A DNA stretch of 64,000 bases from an uncultured delta proteobacterium (GCA_963772835.1 CAVYYZ010000012.1:254512-318511), one strand, 5' to 3'. Counted from the first letter of the stretch, positions 35,615 through 45,065 are shown. Translations and numbers: made by a program. Notes: generated from the letters alone by a model not told the origin.

Positions 35615-36640
35615 ATGTCCGAGCTGCGCTGGGATCCGATAAAATTGTATTGGGTGATTATTGCCACCGAACGTGGCCGCCGTCCGAGGGATTTTCAGGT
35701 GGAGCCTGAACAGAGCGGTATGATTGCCTGCCCGTTCTGTTACGGTAATGAAGATAAAACCCCGCCTGAGATCTTTGCAATTCGCTCAGGCAGCTTGCCC
35801 AACGCCCCTGACTGGCGGGTGCGGGTGATTCCCAACAAGTACCCCGCTCTGCGGGTAGAGGGAGATCTCGATAACCGCGGCTATGGCATGTATGATGTAA
35901 TGAACGGTATCGGTGCTCATGAGGTGATCATAGAAACGCCGGATCACAATCGAACGCTTGCTGATCTGACGGTCAGCGAGGTGAATGACGTTCTTATTGC
36001 GTATCGTCATCGCTATCTTGACCTGCGCAAGGATTTTCGTTTTCGCTACATGGTATTGTTCAAAAATTACGGTACCAGAGCCGGTGCCTCCCTTAGCCAC
36101 TCCCATAGTCAATTGATAGCGGTGCCGCTGCTGCCGCCGGTTGCAAGTACTCAGTTAAAAGTGGCCCGCAACTATTTCGGTGACAAGGAACGCTGTATTT
36201 TCTGTGATCTGATTGCATTCGAACTGCGTGAGGGGGTGCGCGTGGTAAAGGAATTTTCCAATTACGTGACTCTGACCCCGTATGCTTCCAGCTCTCCATT
36301 TGAACTGCGACTCTATCCAAAGCGCCACAGTCATGACTTTGCCTTAATGAACGATGCCCAGTTGGCTGAACTGGCGGTGGCAATGAAGGATATGCTGTTG
36401 CGAGTCAAAACAGTACTGCGCGATGCACCCTACAATTTTATTCTGCACACCGCTCCTCCCATGCATCGCCGTCCCGGTAAGCCGGATCACTGGAACTCTC
36501 TCGAGTATGATTATCACTGGCACATCGAGTTGGTGCCGCGCTTAACGCAGGTGGCCGGTTTCGAATGGGGTACCGGTTTTTACATCAACCCGACTTCACC
36601 CGAGGATGCAGCCGAGTTCCTTCGAGAGGCGGATGTCTGA
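35615..36640 (+). CDS. galT: GalT-family nucleotidyltransferase (galT-like; possibly ADP-glucose phosphorylase type)
   Basis: SELRWDP, CPFC, NKYPAL, HEVIIE and GASLSHSHSQ. Confidence 0.8.
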   Translation: MSELRWDPIKLYWVIIATERGRRPRDFQVEPEQSGMIACPFCYGNEDKTPPEIFAIRSGSLPNAPDWRVRVIPNKYPALRVEGDLDNRGYGMYDVMNGIGAHEVIIETPDHNRTLADLTVSEVNDVLIAYRHRYLDLRKDFRFRYMVLFKNYGTRAGASLSHSHSQLIAVPLLPPVASTQLKVARNYFGDKERCIFCDLIAFELREGVRVVKEFSNYVTLTPYASSSPFELRLYPKRHSHDFALMNDAQLAELAVAMKDMLLRVKTVLRDAPYNFILHTAPPMHRRPGKPDHWNSLEYDYHWHIELVPRLTQVAGFEWGTGFYINPTSPEDAAEFLREADV

Positions 36641-37496
36641 CGTACGTACGATACTAAACGCGCTTTACGCCTCTCGGTCCGGGCAACATCTTGCCAATGA
36701 TCCGCTAATGTTCTGTCATCGTTATCCGGAACCGGCCGACTGTGAGATTGCTGCGGTAGTTGCGTCATCGTTTGCCTACGGCTCAATAGCCATCATCCTC
36801 CGTACATTGGAAGCAATTTTTTCCAAGGTGGGGCCGTCTCCCAGAACGTATGTTGAATGTTTTGATCCAGAGGAAGGTGCACGTACTTTCTCAAACTTCA
36901 AGCACCGCTTTAATAATAGCCGGGACCTCTGCGCCCTATTCTGGGGAATGAGGCAGATGGTGGAGCAGGCCGGCAGCATTCAATCTTTTTTTCTCCGAGG
37001 GCACACTTCAGAAGATTGTGACGTGGGTAACTCCTTAAATCACTATTCGACTGCTGTACTTGCTTTAGACTATTCGTCAGTATTCGGGACTCATACAATT
37101 CCTGCCGACTCCTTCTTCCCTTTCCTGTTCCCGGCGCCTGCATCCGGCAGCGCCTGCAAGCGGCTCTGTATGATGCTGCGCTGGATGGTCCGTCCTTCCG
37201 ATGGAATAGATCTTGGCCTGTGGGACAAGGTATCTCCGGCGCAGTTGATTATTCCGGTTGATACGCACATCAGCCGCATCTGCCGTTATCTCGGGATGAC
37301 CGGAAGAAAAGCGGCTGACTGGCGTATGGCGCAGGAAATTACTGCTGCCCTGCGCATGTATAGCCCGACAGATCCGGTTAAATATGATTTTTCTCTGGCA
37401 CACCTCGGAATAAGCGATGGCTGTGACGGCAAAGATCTGAGTCGTTGTTTGTTATGCCAACTGAGCGGGATATGTGCCCAAAAACCGACTAAATAG
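36633..37496 (+). CDS. TIGR02757/DUF2400 family protein (HhH-GPD-like)
   Basis: SACKRLCMMLRWMVR, IPVDTHI, DPVKYDFSL and a C-terminal Cys cluster. Confidence 0.88.
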   Translation: MSDVRTILNALYASRSGQHLANDPLMFCHRYPEPADCEIAAVVASSFAYGSIAIILRTLEAIFSKVGPSPRTYVECFDPEEGARTFSNFKHRFNNSRDLCALFWGMRQMVEQAGSIQSFFLRGHTSEDCDVGNSLNHYSTAVLALDYSSVFGTHTIPADSFFPFLFPAPASGSACKRLCMMLRWMVRPSDGIDLGLWDKVSPAQLIIPVDTHISRICRYLGMTGRKAADWRMAQEITAALRMYSPTDPVKYDFSLAHLGISDGCDGKDLSRCLLCQLSGICAQKPTK

Positions 37497-37613
37497 TCGA
37501 AATGTATCGGCGTAATGATTTGACACTCTCTACCCTTTCTGATATAGGACAAACGTCGTTTCAGGTTAGATCCGCGGATTCCCCCATATGCTATCATCAT
37601 CGAGGAGTTACAG

Positions 37614-39104
37614 ATGATAATCCAATGCGAAAAATGCCAGACCAGATTCCGGCTTGAAGATTCAAGAGTCACGGATAAGGGTGTAAAAGTCCGCTGCACC
37701 AAATGTAAAAATGTATTTACTGTGCATAAGGAAGAATCAGAAATAGACTCTTTTGAGCCTGAAGGGCCGTTGGCCGGTTTTTCTTTCTCTGATGGGCAGG
37801 CCGAAGAACCGGTTGTACCTCCCGAGAATCAGCACTACGCTTCGAAATATGTTCCAGATGCGCCGTTTGATGCGGATGCTTTTGAAGATGGTGCAACCCA
37901 TAGTGAACCGGTCGATTTCAGCTCGTTTGAGACATCAACCGATGATGCTTCTGCCATATCATTTGAATCAGATGCCTTTCATGGTAACGTTTCTGAAAAT
38001 ACTCCTGTAACGTCTGAAGAACCTGCCGGCAAGGGTGATGTCGTCGATTTTTCAAGTTTCGATTTTAATGACAGCGAATCAGAGCCAGAATCGAACCTGC
38101 GGACTACTGAATCTGTCGATTCATTTGGTGACAGGACCATAGAACCTGCCTTCGCAACTCCTCCAAAACAAGAGTCCCCGCAGGGGCTTGATTTTTCTGA
38201 TGATGCTATGTTCGGCGCAGTTGTACCGACTGAACCAGAACCTTCAAGTGACACCATTTCCTTTGATTTTGGAGAAGACAGTTTTGCTGAGTCTATGGAC
38301 ATGGGAGGGCAGGACTCAAGCGGTAAAAGCGGCTCACTGTTTTCACTTGATTCACCCGGTGATGCACCATTCAATCTGGGTGAAATTGATTTTGGCGATG
38401 AACTTACTTCGGTTGCGGTTCAACAGGTAAATCCGGATGACCTGAAACCCTCTCAGGAGATTCTGTTTGCTCCTCTGGCTGAAGCCAAGGTCAAATCGAT
38501 GGACGATGACTTAGCCCGATCTTTTTTGGGAGATATCCCGTCAGATGGTCAACAGGAACTGCCACCACTCTCGATTGTTTCACGCCGTAAGCAGAGTCCG
38601 CTTTTCAGCTCTCTGATTGCAGTGATCGCTCTACTGGTGCTCTCGATTGCCGGCTATTTCGGTTACTCATCGTTTTCCTCTCATACGGAGACCGTTGCTC
38701 TTGATACCGGAAAAATCGGAGTTAGCTCGGTCGTAGCATCCTACTTAGATAATGACGAGGCGGGAGAGATTTTGGTAATTTCCGGTGATGCTCTCAACGA
38801 GTACGCGGAACCACGGGCAGCTTTGCAAGTCAAGGTGACTATATTTGATGCACAGGGACAAATTATAGCCTCTAAAAGTGCGTATGGGGGTAATCCGCTG
38901 ACGGAGGAGCAGTTGGAGAGCCTGCCGCTTGAAAAGATCGAGGCGGCCATGGCAAATCAGTTCGGTGATTCACTTGCAAATATGGAAGTCGCTCCCGGCA
39001 AAGCGATCCCTTTTGTCATCGTTCTTGCGGATCTTCCCAAGGGAGCCAAAGACTTTGAGGTGCAGCCCTCCGGTTCGACAATCGCCACCGGGAAACATCC
39101 GTAA
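37614..39104 (+). CDS. MJ0042-type zinc-ribbon + acidic linker + TM + DUF3426-like protein (ZitP-like architecture)
   Basis: CEKCQTRF..VRCTKCKNVF, about 280 aa of D/E/F/S-rich linker, one TM helix and a C-terminal beta domain (..PGKAIPFVIV). Confidence 0.85.
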   Translation: MIIQCEKCQTRFRLEDSRVTDKGVKVRCTKCKNVFTVHKEESEIDSFEPEGPLAGFSFSDGQAEEPVVPPENQHYASKYVPDAPFDADAFEDGATHSEPVDFSSFETSTDDASAISFESDAFHGNVSENTPVTSEEPAGKGDVVDFSSFDFNDSESEPESNLRTTESVDSFGDRTIEPAFATPPKQESPQGLDFSDDAMFGAVVPTEPEPSSDTISFDFGEDSFAESMDMGGQDSSGKSGSLFSLDSPGDAPFNLGEIDFGDELTSVAVQQVNPDDLKPSQEILFAPLAEAKVKSMDDDLARSFLGDIPSDGQQELPPLSIVSRRKQSPLFSSLIAVIALLVLSIAGYFGYSSFSSHTETVALDTGKIGVSSVVASYLDNDEAGEILVISGDALNEYAEPRAALQVKVTIFDAQGQIIASKSAYGGNPLTEEQLESLPLEKIEAAMANQFGDSLANMEVAPGKAIPFVIVLADLPKGAKDFEVQPSGSTIATGKHP

Positions 39105-39137
39105 TCCCGCATACCGTTCTGCATAAAGGACTGAATT

Positions 39138-39183
39138 CCATGAGAAAGGCCGTTAACAACTCTGTTAACGGCCTTTCTCATGG
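39138..39183. terminator. Perfect 21-bp-stem hairpin between convergent genes, probable bidirectional terminator
   Basis: CCATGAGAAAGGCCGTTAACA-ACTC-TGTTAACGGCCTTTCTCATGG. Confidence 0.8.
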
Positions 39184-39206
39184 TCTCTGCTCCGGTACCT
39201 TTCTGT

Positions 39207-39725
39207 CTACAGTATCTCTACCAGTCTGATAGTGAAAGTAAGATCACGGCCAGCCAACGGGTGATTGCCGTCCAGCGTTATGGTTGTATCGGTAACTTCC
39301 GTTACCAGAACCGGTAGCGGTGAACCATCTTCCAGAATCACTTCCATCTGATGGCCCGGCTCCGGATTGATTTCAGCCGGGATTTCACTCCGCTCTATTA
39401 CTGCCACCATTTCTTCGGCACGCTGTCCATAGGCATCATCTGCGGGAATTGAAACGGTTATACTCTGTCCCGGTTCGAGCCCGATCACTGCAGCTTCAAA
39501 CTTTGGGATCAACTGTCCGGAACCAATGACGAACTCCATCGGGCCGGATGCATTGCTGTCACATCCGCTACCACATCCGTCATCGCCGTCCTTTTTACTG
39601 CCGCACCCACATGAATGTTTCTCCGTATGTTCAATAGTGCCTTCCGACGTGTCAAAAACAGACCCATCCAAAAGAGTGCCGGTATAGTGTACTTTAACTT
39701 TGTCACCTGCTTTTGCTTTTGCCAT
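39207..39725 (-). CDS. FKBP-type peptidyl-prolyl isomerase, SlyD/SlpA-like
   Basis: VKVHYTG..FDTS, GQLIPKFE, AYG and LDGNHPLAGRDLTF. Confidence 0.92.
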   Translation of the reverse strand: MAKAKAGDKVKVHYTGTLLDGSVFDTSEGTIEHTEKHSCGCGSKKDGDDGCGSGCDSNASGPMEFVIGSGQLIPKFEAAVIGLEPGQSITVSIPADDAYGQRAEEMVAVIERSEIPAEINPEPGHQMEVILEDGSPLPVLVTEVTDTTITLDGNHPLAGRDLTFTIRLVEIL

Positions 39726-39737
39726 GGTTATATCCTT

Positions 39738-40076
39738 TCAGTGTGTATTCCCGTTTTTCAGGGATTCCGCAAGAGCGAAAATATGAGTGCTGAACTGCGC
39801 GGCATGAGTGCCGCTAACCCTCAGACGTTTATGGCGGGATGTTTCACCTGAGACAATCTCGACCGATGATTTGGCTACATCAAAGAGGTCTGCAACAAAC
39901 TCCCGACAGCGTTTGTTCGCAGCTCCATCGACCGGAGGGGAGGTGAGCCTGATTTTGAGTTCGTCTCCCTGAATTCCGCAAATCTGGTTTTTTGATGCTC
40001 GTGGCTGAATATAGATCCTCAGGATCAGATCGTTATGGAGAGTAGTGAGAAAGGGAAGTTCAGATGGATTCATCAC
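39738..40076 (-). CDS. yggU: DUF167/YggU (UPF0235) protein
   Basis: QPRASKN, PPVDGAAN and GETSRHK. Confidence 0.9.
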   Translation of the reverse strand: MMNPSELPFLTTLHNDLILRIYIQPRASKNQICGIQGDELKIRLTSPPVDGAANKRCREFVADLFDVAKSSVEIVSGETSRHKRLRVSGTHAAQFSTHIFALAESLKNGNTH

Positions 40077-40512
40077 TTGGTAATTGCCGGCTGAAGCTTT
40101 CGAGCAAACCCTTGAAGCTCATTTCAAACTGGATCTTTTGCCGCCGGATTTCTTCAATCCGTGCCTTCAACTCTCCGAGCTGCCGTTCAGCGTCAGCAAC
40201 AATCCGCTCTCCCTTAATTTCGGCTTCAGAAACGATCAACTCAGCCTCTTTTCGGGCATTAGCTTTCATTTCTTCGATGACCCGCTGGGCTGAAAGCAGG
40301 GTTTCACGCAGTTCCCGCTCCTTTTCAGCCATGTCCTGCATCTCACGGCTCTGCCGGGATTGCTGGTCTTTCATCTGGCTGTTATCGCGAATCAGTCCCT
40401 CCATTTCACCGGCAACTGTTTGCAGAAAGGCATCCACATCATCCGGGTCAAGACCTCGAAACGTTTTAACCTTGAATTGCTGCTGCTGAATGTCAAGCGG
40501 AGAGATATTCAT
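40060..40512 (-). CDS. DivIVA domain protein
   Basis: ISPLDIQQQQF..FRGLDPDDVDAFL N-terminal DivIVA motif followed by coiled coil. Confidence 0.9.
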   Translation of the reverse strand: MNISPLDIQQQQFKVKTFRGLDPDDVDAFLQTVAGEMEGLIRDNSQMKDQQSRQSREMQDMAEKERELRETLLSAQRVIEEMKANARKEAELIVSEAEIKGERIVADAERQLGELKARIEEIRRQKIQFEMSFKGLLESFSRQLPSDESI

Positions 40513-40633
40513 AGTGTAATGGCCTCGCTGAGTGAAACGCGTGAAGTGTCAGTATATCTGGTATGCGGCTCATGATGACGGCTGCTGCCGACGGCTGGTC
40601 TCTGAAATGCGGGTGCCGGTCTTCACCGGTTGT

Positions 40634-41302
40634 TTATTGAGCCGAAAGCTTCAAATAACATTCGGCTTTGTACAGATTTGCATCAGCGGCCAGAGGCGAC
40701 CCGGAGTTGTCAGCAAGATAGCGGTCGAGCAGTGTAAGGGCAGAGCGGCAATCTTCCTGCCGATACGCCTTAACTGCCGCCTCGAAAAGTTTCTGTCCGG
40801 CGGCTGCATCAGCGGCTGGTTCATTCACGGTGACGCTTTTATTATCCACAGAGAGTGGAGACGCTTTGGCTTGCAAAGACGCAGGATCATGTATAGTTTT
40901 CTTCGTGTGATCAGCGGCCGTTTTTCTGACACCAGTGGCTCGGTACTTTATAGAAGCGCCCTTCTGTTTCATTTCAGTCGGCACGGACTTGAGCTCACCT
41001 TTTTGAGTTACCGGTATCTTCAGAAGCTTTCCAGCATAAATCAGGTCAGGATTCTTTATCGAGTTGAAAAGGAGTATCTGCGGGAAATACATTCCTCGTC
41101 CATTGAATTTTCGGGAAAGGTCGTACAGGGTGTCACCCTTCCGGATCTCAATCTCCTGAACCAGTATTCCGTCCTTGGAAGAAGAATCTTGACCGGCAGT
41201 GACCGGTTCAGGAGTATACAGCAGATATTGCTGGCCCCAAGCCGGTAGTGCTATGCAGATTACCAGTGCGATGACGATCGTGAGACGAGTGTATGATGTC
41301 AT
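40634..41302 (-). CDS. Exported LysM-domain protein with a C-terminal TPR-like helix pair
   Basis: Signal peptide, LysM IRKGDTLYDLS..IKNPDLIYAGKLLKIP and a C-terminal LFEAAVKAY..ANLYKAECY. Confidence 0.85.
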   Translation of the reverse strand: MTSYTRLTIVIALVICIALPAWGQQYLLYTPEPVTAGQDSSSKDGILVQEIEIRKGDTLYDLSRKFNGRGMYFPQILLFNSIKNPDLIYAGKLLKIPVTQKGELKSVPTEMKQKGASIKYRATGVRKTAADHTKKTIHDPASLQAKASPLSVDNKSVTVNEPAADAAAGQKLFEAAVKAYRQEDCRSALTLLDRYLADNSGSPLAADANLYKAECYLKLSAQ

Positions 41303-41303
41303 A

Positions 41304-44300
41304 TCAATACCTGTTCCCTAGTTGGTCTTCGTAAGCCAGAACGTTTATGACCTGGATAGCGGTTCCAACACCGGTGCCCGGTTTAACTCTGAATGAAACC
41401 TTGATACTCCGTTTTTCACCGGCACCCAATTCCTTGAAGCGCCAGACAACCGTTCCGCTATTGACATCACTAACGGCAGGGTCGGCTGCTACCAACTCCA
41501 ACTGTTCCGGCCAGGTACTCCGAAGTTCCACAATCCTCGCAAGGTTGGAGCCGTTGTTTGTGATTGCCAGATCAAAAGAGGCAACATCACCAGGCTTGAG
41601 GCGTCCGTCCCGACCAGCCATGACCATCGTTAATACGGGTCTCGAATATGTCAGCTGGGTTGACCCGGATGCTGAAATGGCGGCATTGCCTTCTGATACA
41701 AAGGACACCTGGACGCTTCCCTGGCTGCCATCGGCCGCATTGTTAGGAGTCTTTATCTCGACGACAACGCTCGCCTCTTCGCGCGGCGCCAACGGGCCGA
41801 TTTCGCTGATCACCGGTTCACTTGCCTGACGTATGCCGTCACGATTCATATCGTTGAAGATAACTGCGTCACGGGCCCCAGTGACGATGGATGTGATCTT
41901 GAATTTTTCCCGGACGTTGCCGGTGTTGGTTACAACAAAGGGCACTGAGAGCGTCTGCCCCGGAATCGCTACCAGTCGATCTGAGCCTGTACCAACGAAA
42001 ATGCTTCGCTGCGCTTCTACATAAGTAACATTTGAAACGAAGGCGGCATTGGTTTTGAGAGAGTTGTTAATCAACTCGGCGCGGGTTGACAACTCCTGCC
42101 CGGCAAGAGAATCATCTTTGAGCTGGAAGGTGACACTAAATTCACGGCTTTCTCCAGAATTGATCTGCAGGCCGTCAAATACCAAAGCGGATTTCATTTC
42201 CTGCCTAAAACCAGCAGCTGCGTAGTCTACCGGCTCGAATTGCGGAGGGAAGTTAAGCCGGAATGTCACGTCCTTCGCAACGGTCGAGCCGACATTGAGT
42301 ATGGCGATGCGGTACACAACCTTATTCCCGGGGAGGGGTTTGGTTTTATCCGTTCGCAGGACGGCCCGTAGAAGCGGGGCAGAGGCGATCAGCTTTACCT
42401 CGCGTGACTGACTTGCTTCTGCGATGAGACGAGAAGCGGCTTTAACGGGATGGGTAATCCGCAGGCCGTCAATGCTCCCGGGTGGAATGACAAGGTTGAT
42501 TACCCCTTTGAACGTTTCACCAGGAGTAAGCAGAGGGGTTTGACTGATCGCAACACCAGGTGTTGCTGCCGCGGTGAAGCGGGCTTCAAAGTCAGCCGGG
42601 AACATTGACTCCAGATAAAACGAGTCGTTTCCGTTGCCGCGGTTGATTACTTCAAATGGAACCGAAATCTTACGTCCAACAGTGAATGCATCCGGGCGAG
42701 TCAGAAGGTTAAATTCGAAGCCGGCAAATTGTGCAACTTCGAGACGCAATACCTGAGCGTTCTTAGGCAGAGGTGCTTCGACAACCTGAGGAGGCAAAGC
42801 AACAACAATTCCCAGTTCGCGGAGTTTTGCTGCGGCAGTGACAGCTGCAGCGGACCCGGGATATTTGTCTATGATGATTTTATATTGGTCGATTGCTTTC
42901 TCGCGATACGCCAATTTTGCAGACAGGGCTTTTTCCTCAGCACGTTTCTCCTGTGAAAGTCTGGCCTTTTCAACTTTGGCAACGGCCCGATCGCTCTCAG
43001 CTTTCTGGACAGCAATACGAGCAGCTTCTGCAGTCGCTTCAGCACGCAGAGCAGCCTTGACTGCAGCAATCCGCTCCTGTTCTTTCTTTTCGGCGGCAGC
43101 TTTTTCTTCCGCCTGCTTGATTGCTGCAACGCGTGCTGTTTCTGCATTAGTAGCTGCAATGGTCGCCAATCTGGTTTCTTCAGCCTTGACTGCGGCGATC
43201 CGTTCTCTGTTCAACTGTTGCAGCTCGTCTCTTTCTTTTCGAGCGGCAGCTTTCGCTTCTTCTGCCTGCTTGAGGGCTGCAATGCGTGCTGTTTCTGCAT
43301 TAGCAGCTGCAATGGCCGCCAATCTTGCTTCTTCAGCCTTGACTGCGGCAATCCTCGTTTCTTCTGCTTTAACTGCTGCAAGCCGCTCCGTCTCTTTCTT
43401 TTCAGCTGCAGCTTTTTCTTCTGCCTGTTTAATGGCTGCAATGCGTGCTGTTTCTGCATTAGCAGCAGCAACGGCCGCCAATCTTGCTTCTTCAGCCTTG
43501 ATTGCGGCAATCCTCGTTTCTTCTGCTTTAACTGCTGCAAGCCGCTCCGTCTCTTTCTTTTCAGCTGCAGCTTTTTCTTCCGCCTGCTTGATTGCTGCTA
43601 CGCGTGCTGTTTCTGCATTAGCAGCTGCAATGGCCGCCAATCTGGTTTCTTCAGCCTTGGCTGCTGCGATCCGCTCCTGTTCAGCTTTTGCAGCCTTTAC
43701 TCGAGCCAGTTCTGCTTCTTCTGCCTTCTTGAGGGCTGCAATGCGTGCTGTTTCTGCAGTAGCAGCAGCAACGGCCGCCAATCTTGCTTCTTCAGCCTTG
43801 ACTGCGGCAAGCCGCTCCGTCTCTTTCTTTTCAGCTGCAGCTTTTTCTTCTGCCTGCTTGATTGCTGCTACGCGTGCAGTTTCTGCATTAGCAGCTGCAA
43901 CGGCCGCCAATCTGGTTTCTTCAGCCTTGACTGCGGCAATCCGCTCCTGTTCAGCTTTTGCAGCCTTTACTCGAGCCAGTTCTGCTTCTTCTGCCTTCTT
44001 GAGGGCTGCAATGCGTGCTGTTTCTGCAGTAGCAGCAGCAACGGCCGCCAATCTTGCTTCTTCAGCCTTGACTGCTGCAAGCCGCTCCGTCTCTTTCTTT
44101 TCAGCGGCAGCTTTTTCCTCTGCCTGCTTAACGGCTGCAACGCGTGCTGTTTCTGCAGTAGCAGCAGCAACGGCCGCCAATCTGGTTTCTTCAGCCTTGG
44201 CTGCGGCAATCCGCTCCTGTTCAGCTTTTGCAGCCTTTATGCGAGCCAGTTCCGCTTCCTCTGCCTTCTTGAGGGCTGCAATGCGTGCTGTTTCTGCAGT

Positions 44301-44810
44301 AGCAGCAGCAACGGCCGCCAATCTGGCTTCTTCAGCCTTGGCTGCAGCGATCCGCTCTTTCTCGGCTCTTGCTTTCTGAGCCGCCAGACGGTCGGGCGGC
44401 CTGACCGGCGAGGTTCCTACCGGAAGTTTTTCGCCTTTTTCGTAACGTGTCGTAAGAGCAAGGAGTTCGTCCTCGACAGTGGTTTTGAGGGGATTATCGG
44501 GATATTCTTTTAAAAATTGAGAAAGATAACGGGCAGCCTCCTGCTGGTTGCCCGTTCTGAAGTAGGATCGGGAAAGCCAGAACAGCGCCATGTCCCTGAG
44601 AGGGGTGTCGGGGTACTTTTGCAACACCTCACTCATCTTTTCGATTGAGGAGGCGTAATCCTTCTGTTGATAAGCATTAAACCCGGCAATAAAAACCTGA
44701 GAATCTTCCGCTTCCTGGCTATAAGCGGGAGGGACGATCAGAGATGAAATTATGACCAAGGCCATCAGAAGCCGGAGGAGGATGTTGCGGCATAATCTCA
44801 ATAATATCAC
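41304..44810 (-). CDS. Large exported protein: TPR (BamD/CpoB-like) + long Ala/Glu/Lys/Arg repeat helix + Ig-like DUF11-type domains
   Basis: Signal peptide, FIAGFNAY..YPDTPL..YPDNPL TPRs, about 480 aa of repeats, and C-terminal beta-rich NxG..PGE modules. Confidence 0.85.
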   Translation of the reverse strand: MILLRLCRNILLRLLMALVIISSLIVPPAYSQEAEDSQVFIAGFNAYQQKDYASSIEKMSEVLQKYPDTPLRDMALFWLSRSYFRTGNQQEAARYLSQFLKEYPDNPLKTTVEDELLALTTRYEKGEKLPVGTSPVRPPDRLAAQKARAEKERIAAAKAEEARLAAVAAATAETARIAALKKAEEAELARIKAAKAEQERIAAAKAEETRLAAVAAATAETARVAAVKQAEEKAAAEKKETERLAAVKAEEARLAAVAAATAETARIAALKKAEEAELARVKAAKAEQERIAAVKAEETRLAAVAAANAETARVAAIKQAEEKAAAEKKETERLAAVKAEEARLAAVAAATAETARIAALKKAEEAELARVKAAKAEQERIAAAKAEETRLAAIAAANAETARVAAIKQAEEKAAAEKKETERLAAVKAEETRIAAIKAEEARLAAVAAANAETARIAAIKQAEEKAAAEKKETERLAAVKAEETRIAAVKAEEARLAAIAAANAETARIAALKQAEEAKAAARKERDELQQLNRERIAAVKAEETRLATIAATNAETARVAAIKQAEEKAAAEKKEQERIAAVKAALRAEATAEAARIAVQKAESDRAVAKVEKARLSQEKRAEEKALSAKLAYREKAIDQYKIIIDKYPGSAAAVTAAAKLRELGIVVALPPQVVEAPLPKNAQVLRLEVAQFAGFEFNLLTRPDAFTVGRKISVPFEVINRGNGNDSFYLESMFPADFEARFTAAATPGVAISQTPLLTPGETFKGVINLVIPPGSIDGLRITHPVKAASRLIAEASQSREVKLIASAPLLRAVLRTDKTKPLPGNKVVYRIAILNVGSTVAKDVTFRLNFPPQFEPVDYAAAGFRQEMKSALVFDGLQINSGESREFSVTFQLKDDSLAGQELSTRAELINNSLKTNAAFVSNVTYVEAQRSIFVGTGSDRLVAIPGQTLSVPFVVTNTGNVREKFKITSIVTGARDAVIFNDMNRDGIRQASEPVISEIGPLAPREEASVVVEIKTPNNAADGSQGSVQVSFVSEGNAAISASGSTQLTYSRPVLTMVMAGRDGRLKPGDVASFDLAITNNGSNLARIVELRSTWPEQLELVAADPAVSDVNSGTVVWRFKELGAGEKRSIKVSFRVKPGTGVGTAIQVINVLAYEDQLGNRY
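43050..44360 (-). repeat. Intragenic tandem repeat array, 270-bp (90-aa) higher-order unit with variant units
   Basis: ATGCGTGCTGTTTCTGCAGTAGCAGCAGCA recurs at 43741, 44011 and 44281 (period 270); variant copies occur at 43441 and lower. Confidence 0.95.
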
Positions 44811-45065
44811 GTTAATTGACCTCTTTTGGCCGGTTACGCAGCTGACGGCGCACGGAGAGCGGATATGAGCTACAGGAAAATACGTGTTTAAGTATCACCT
44901 CCCGGTGTTGTTGTCAACGAAAGAAACGCTATGTCAGTACGTTAGCAACCGTTATGACACGCTGAAATTCAAGGATCAAATCAAAAATAGCGATCGCCTT
45001 CGAGGTCAGGGGATACAGTCTTCCTGCTAAATTCGAATTTTGTGAATAGTAAGATCTGCGCCGCT

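Noticed and set aside
43050..44360. Repeat array considered as a CRISPR or non-coding repeat
   Set aside because: Units are in-frame multiples of three, have no unique spacers, and no cas genes are present.
42838..44513. Long plus-strand ORFs of 513 aa (Ala/Ser-rich) and 431 aa (Cys/Phe-rich)
   Set aside because: They are antisense shadows of the repeat array in the 1168-aa gene; repeated stop-free units explain their length.
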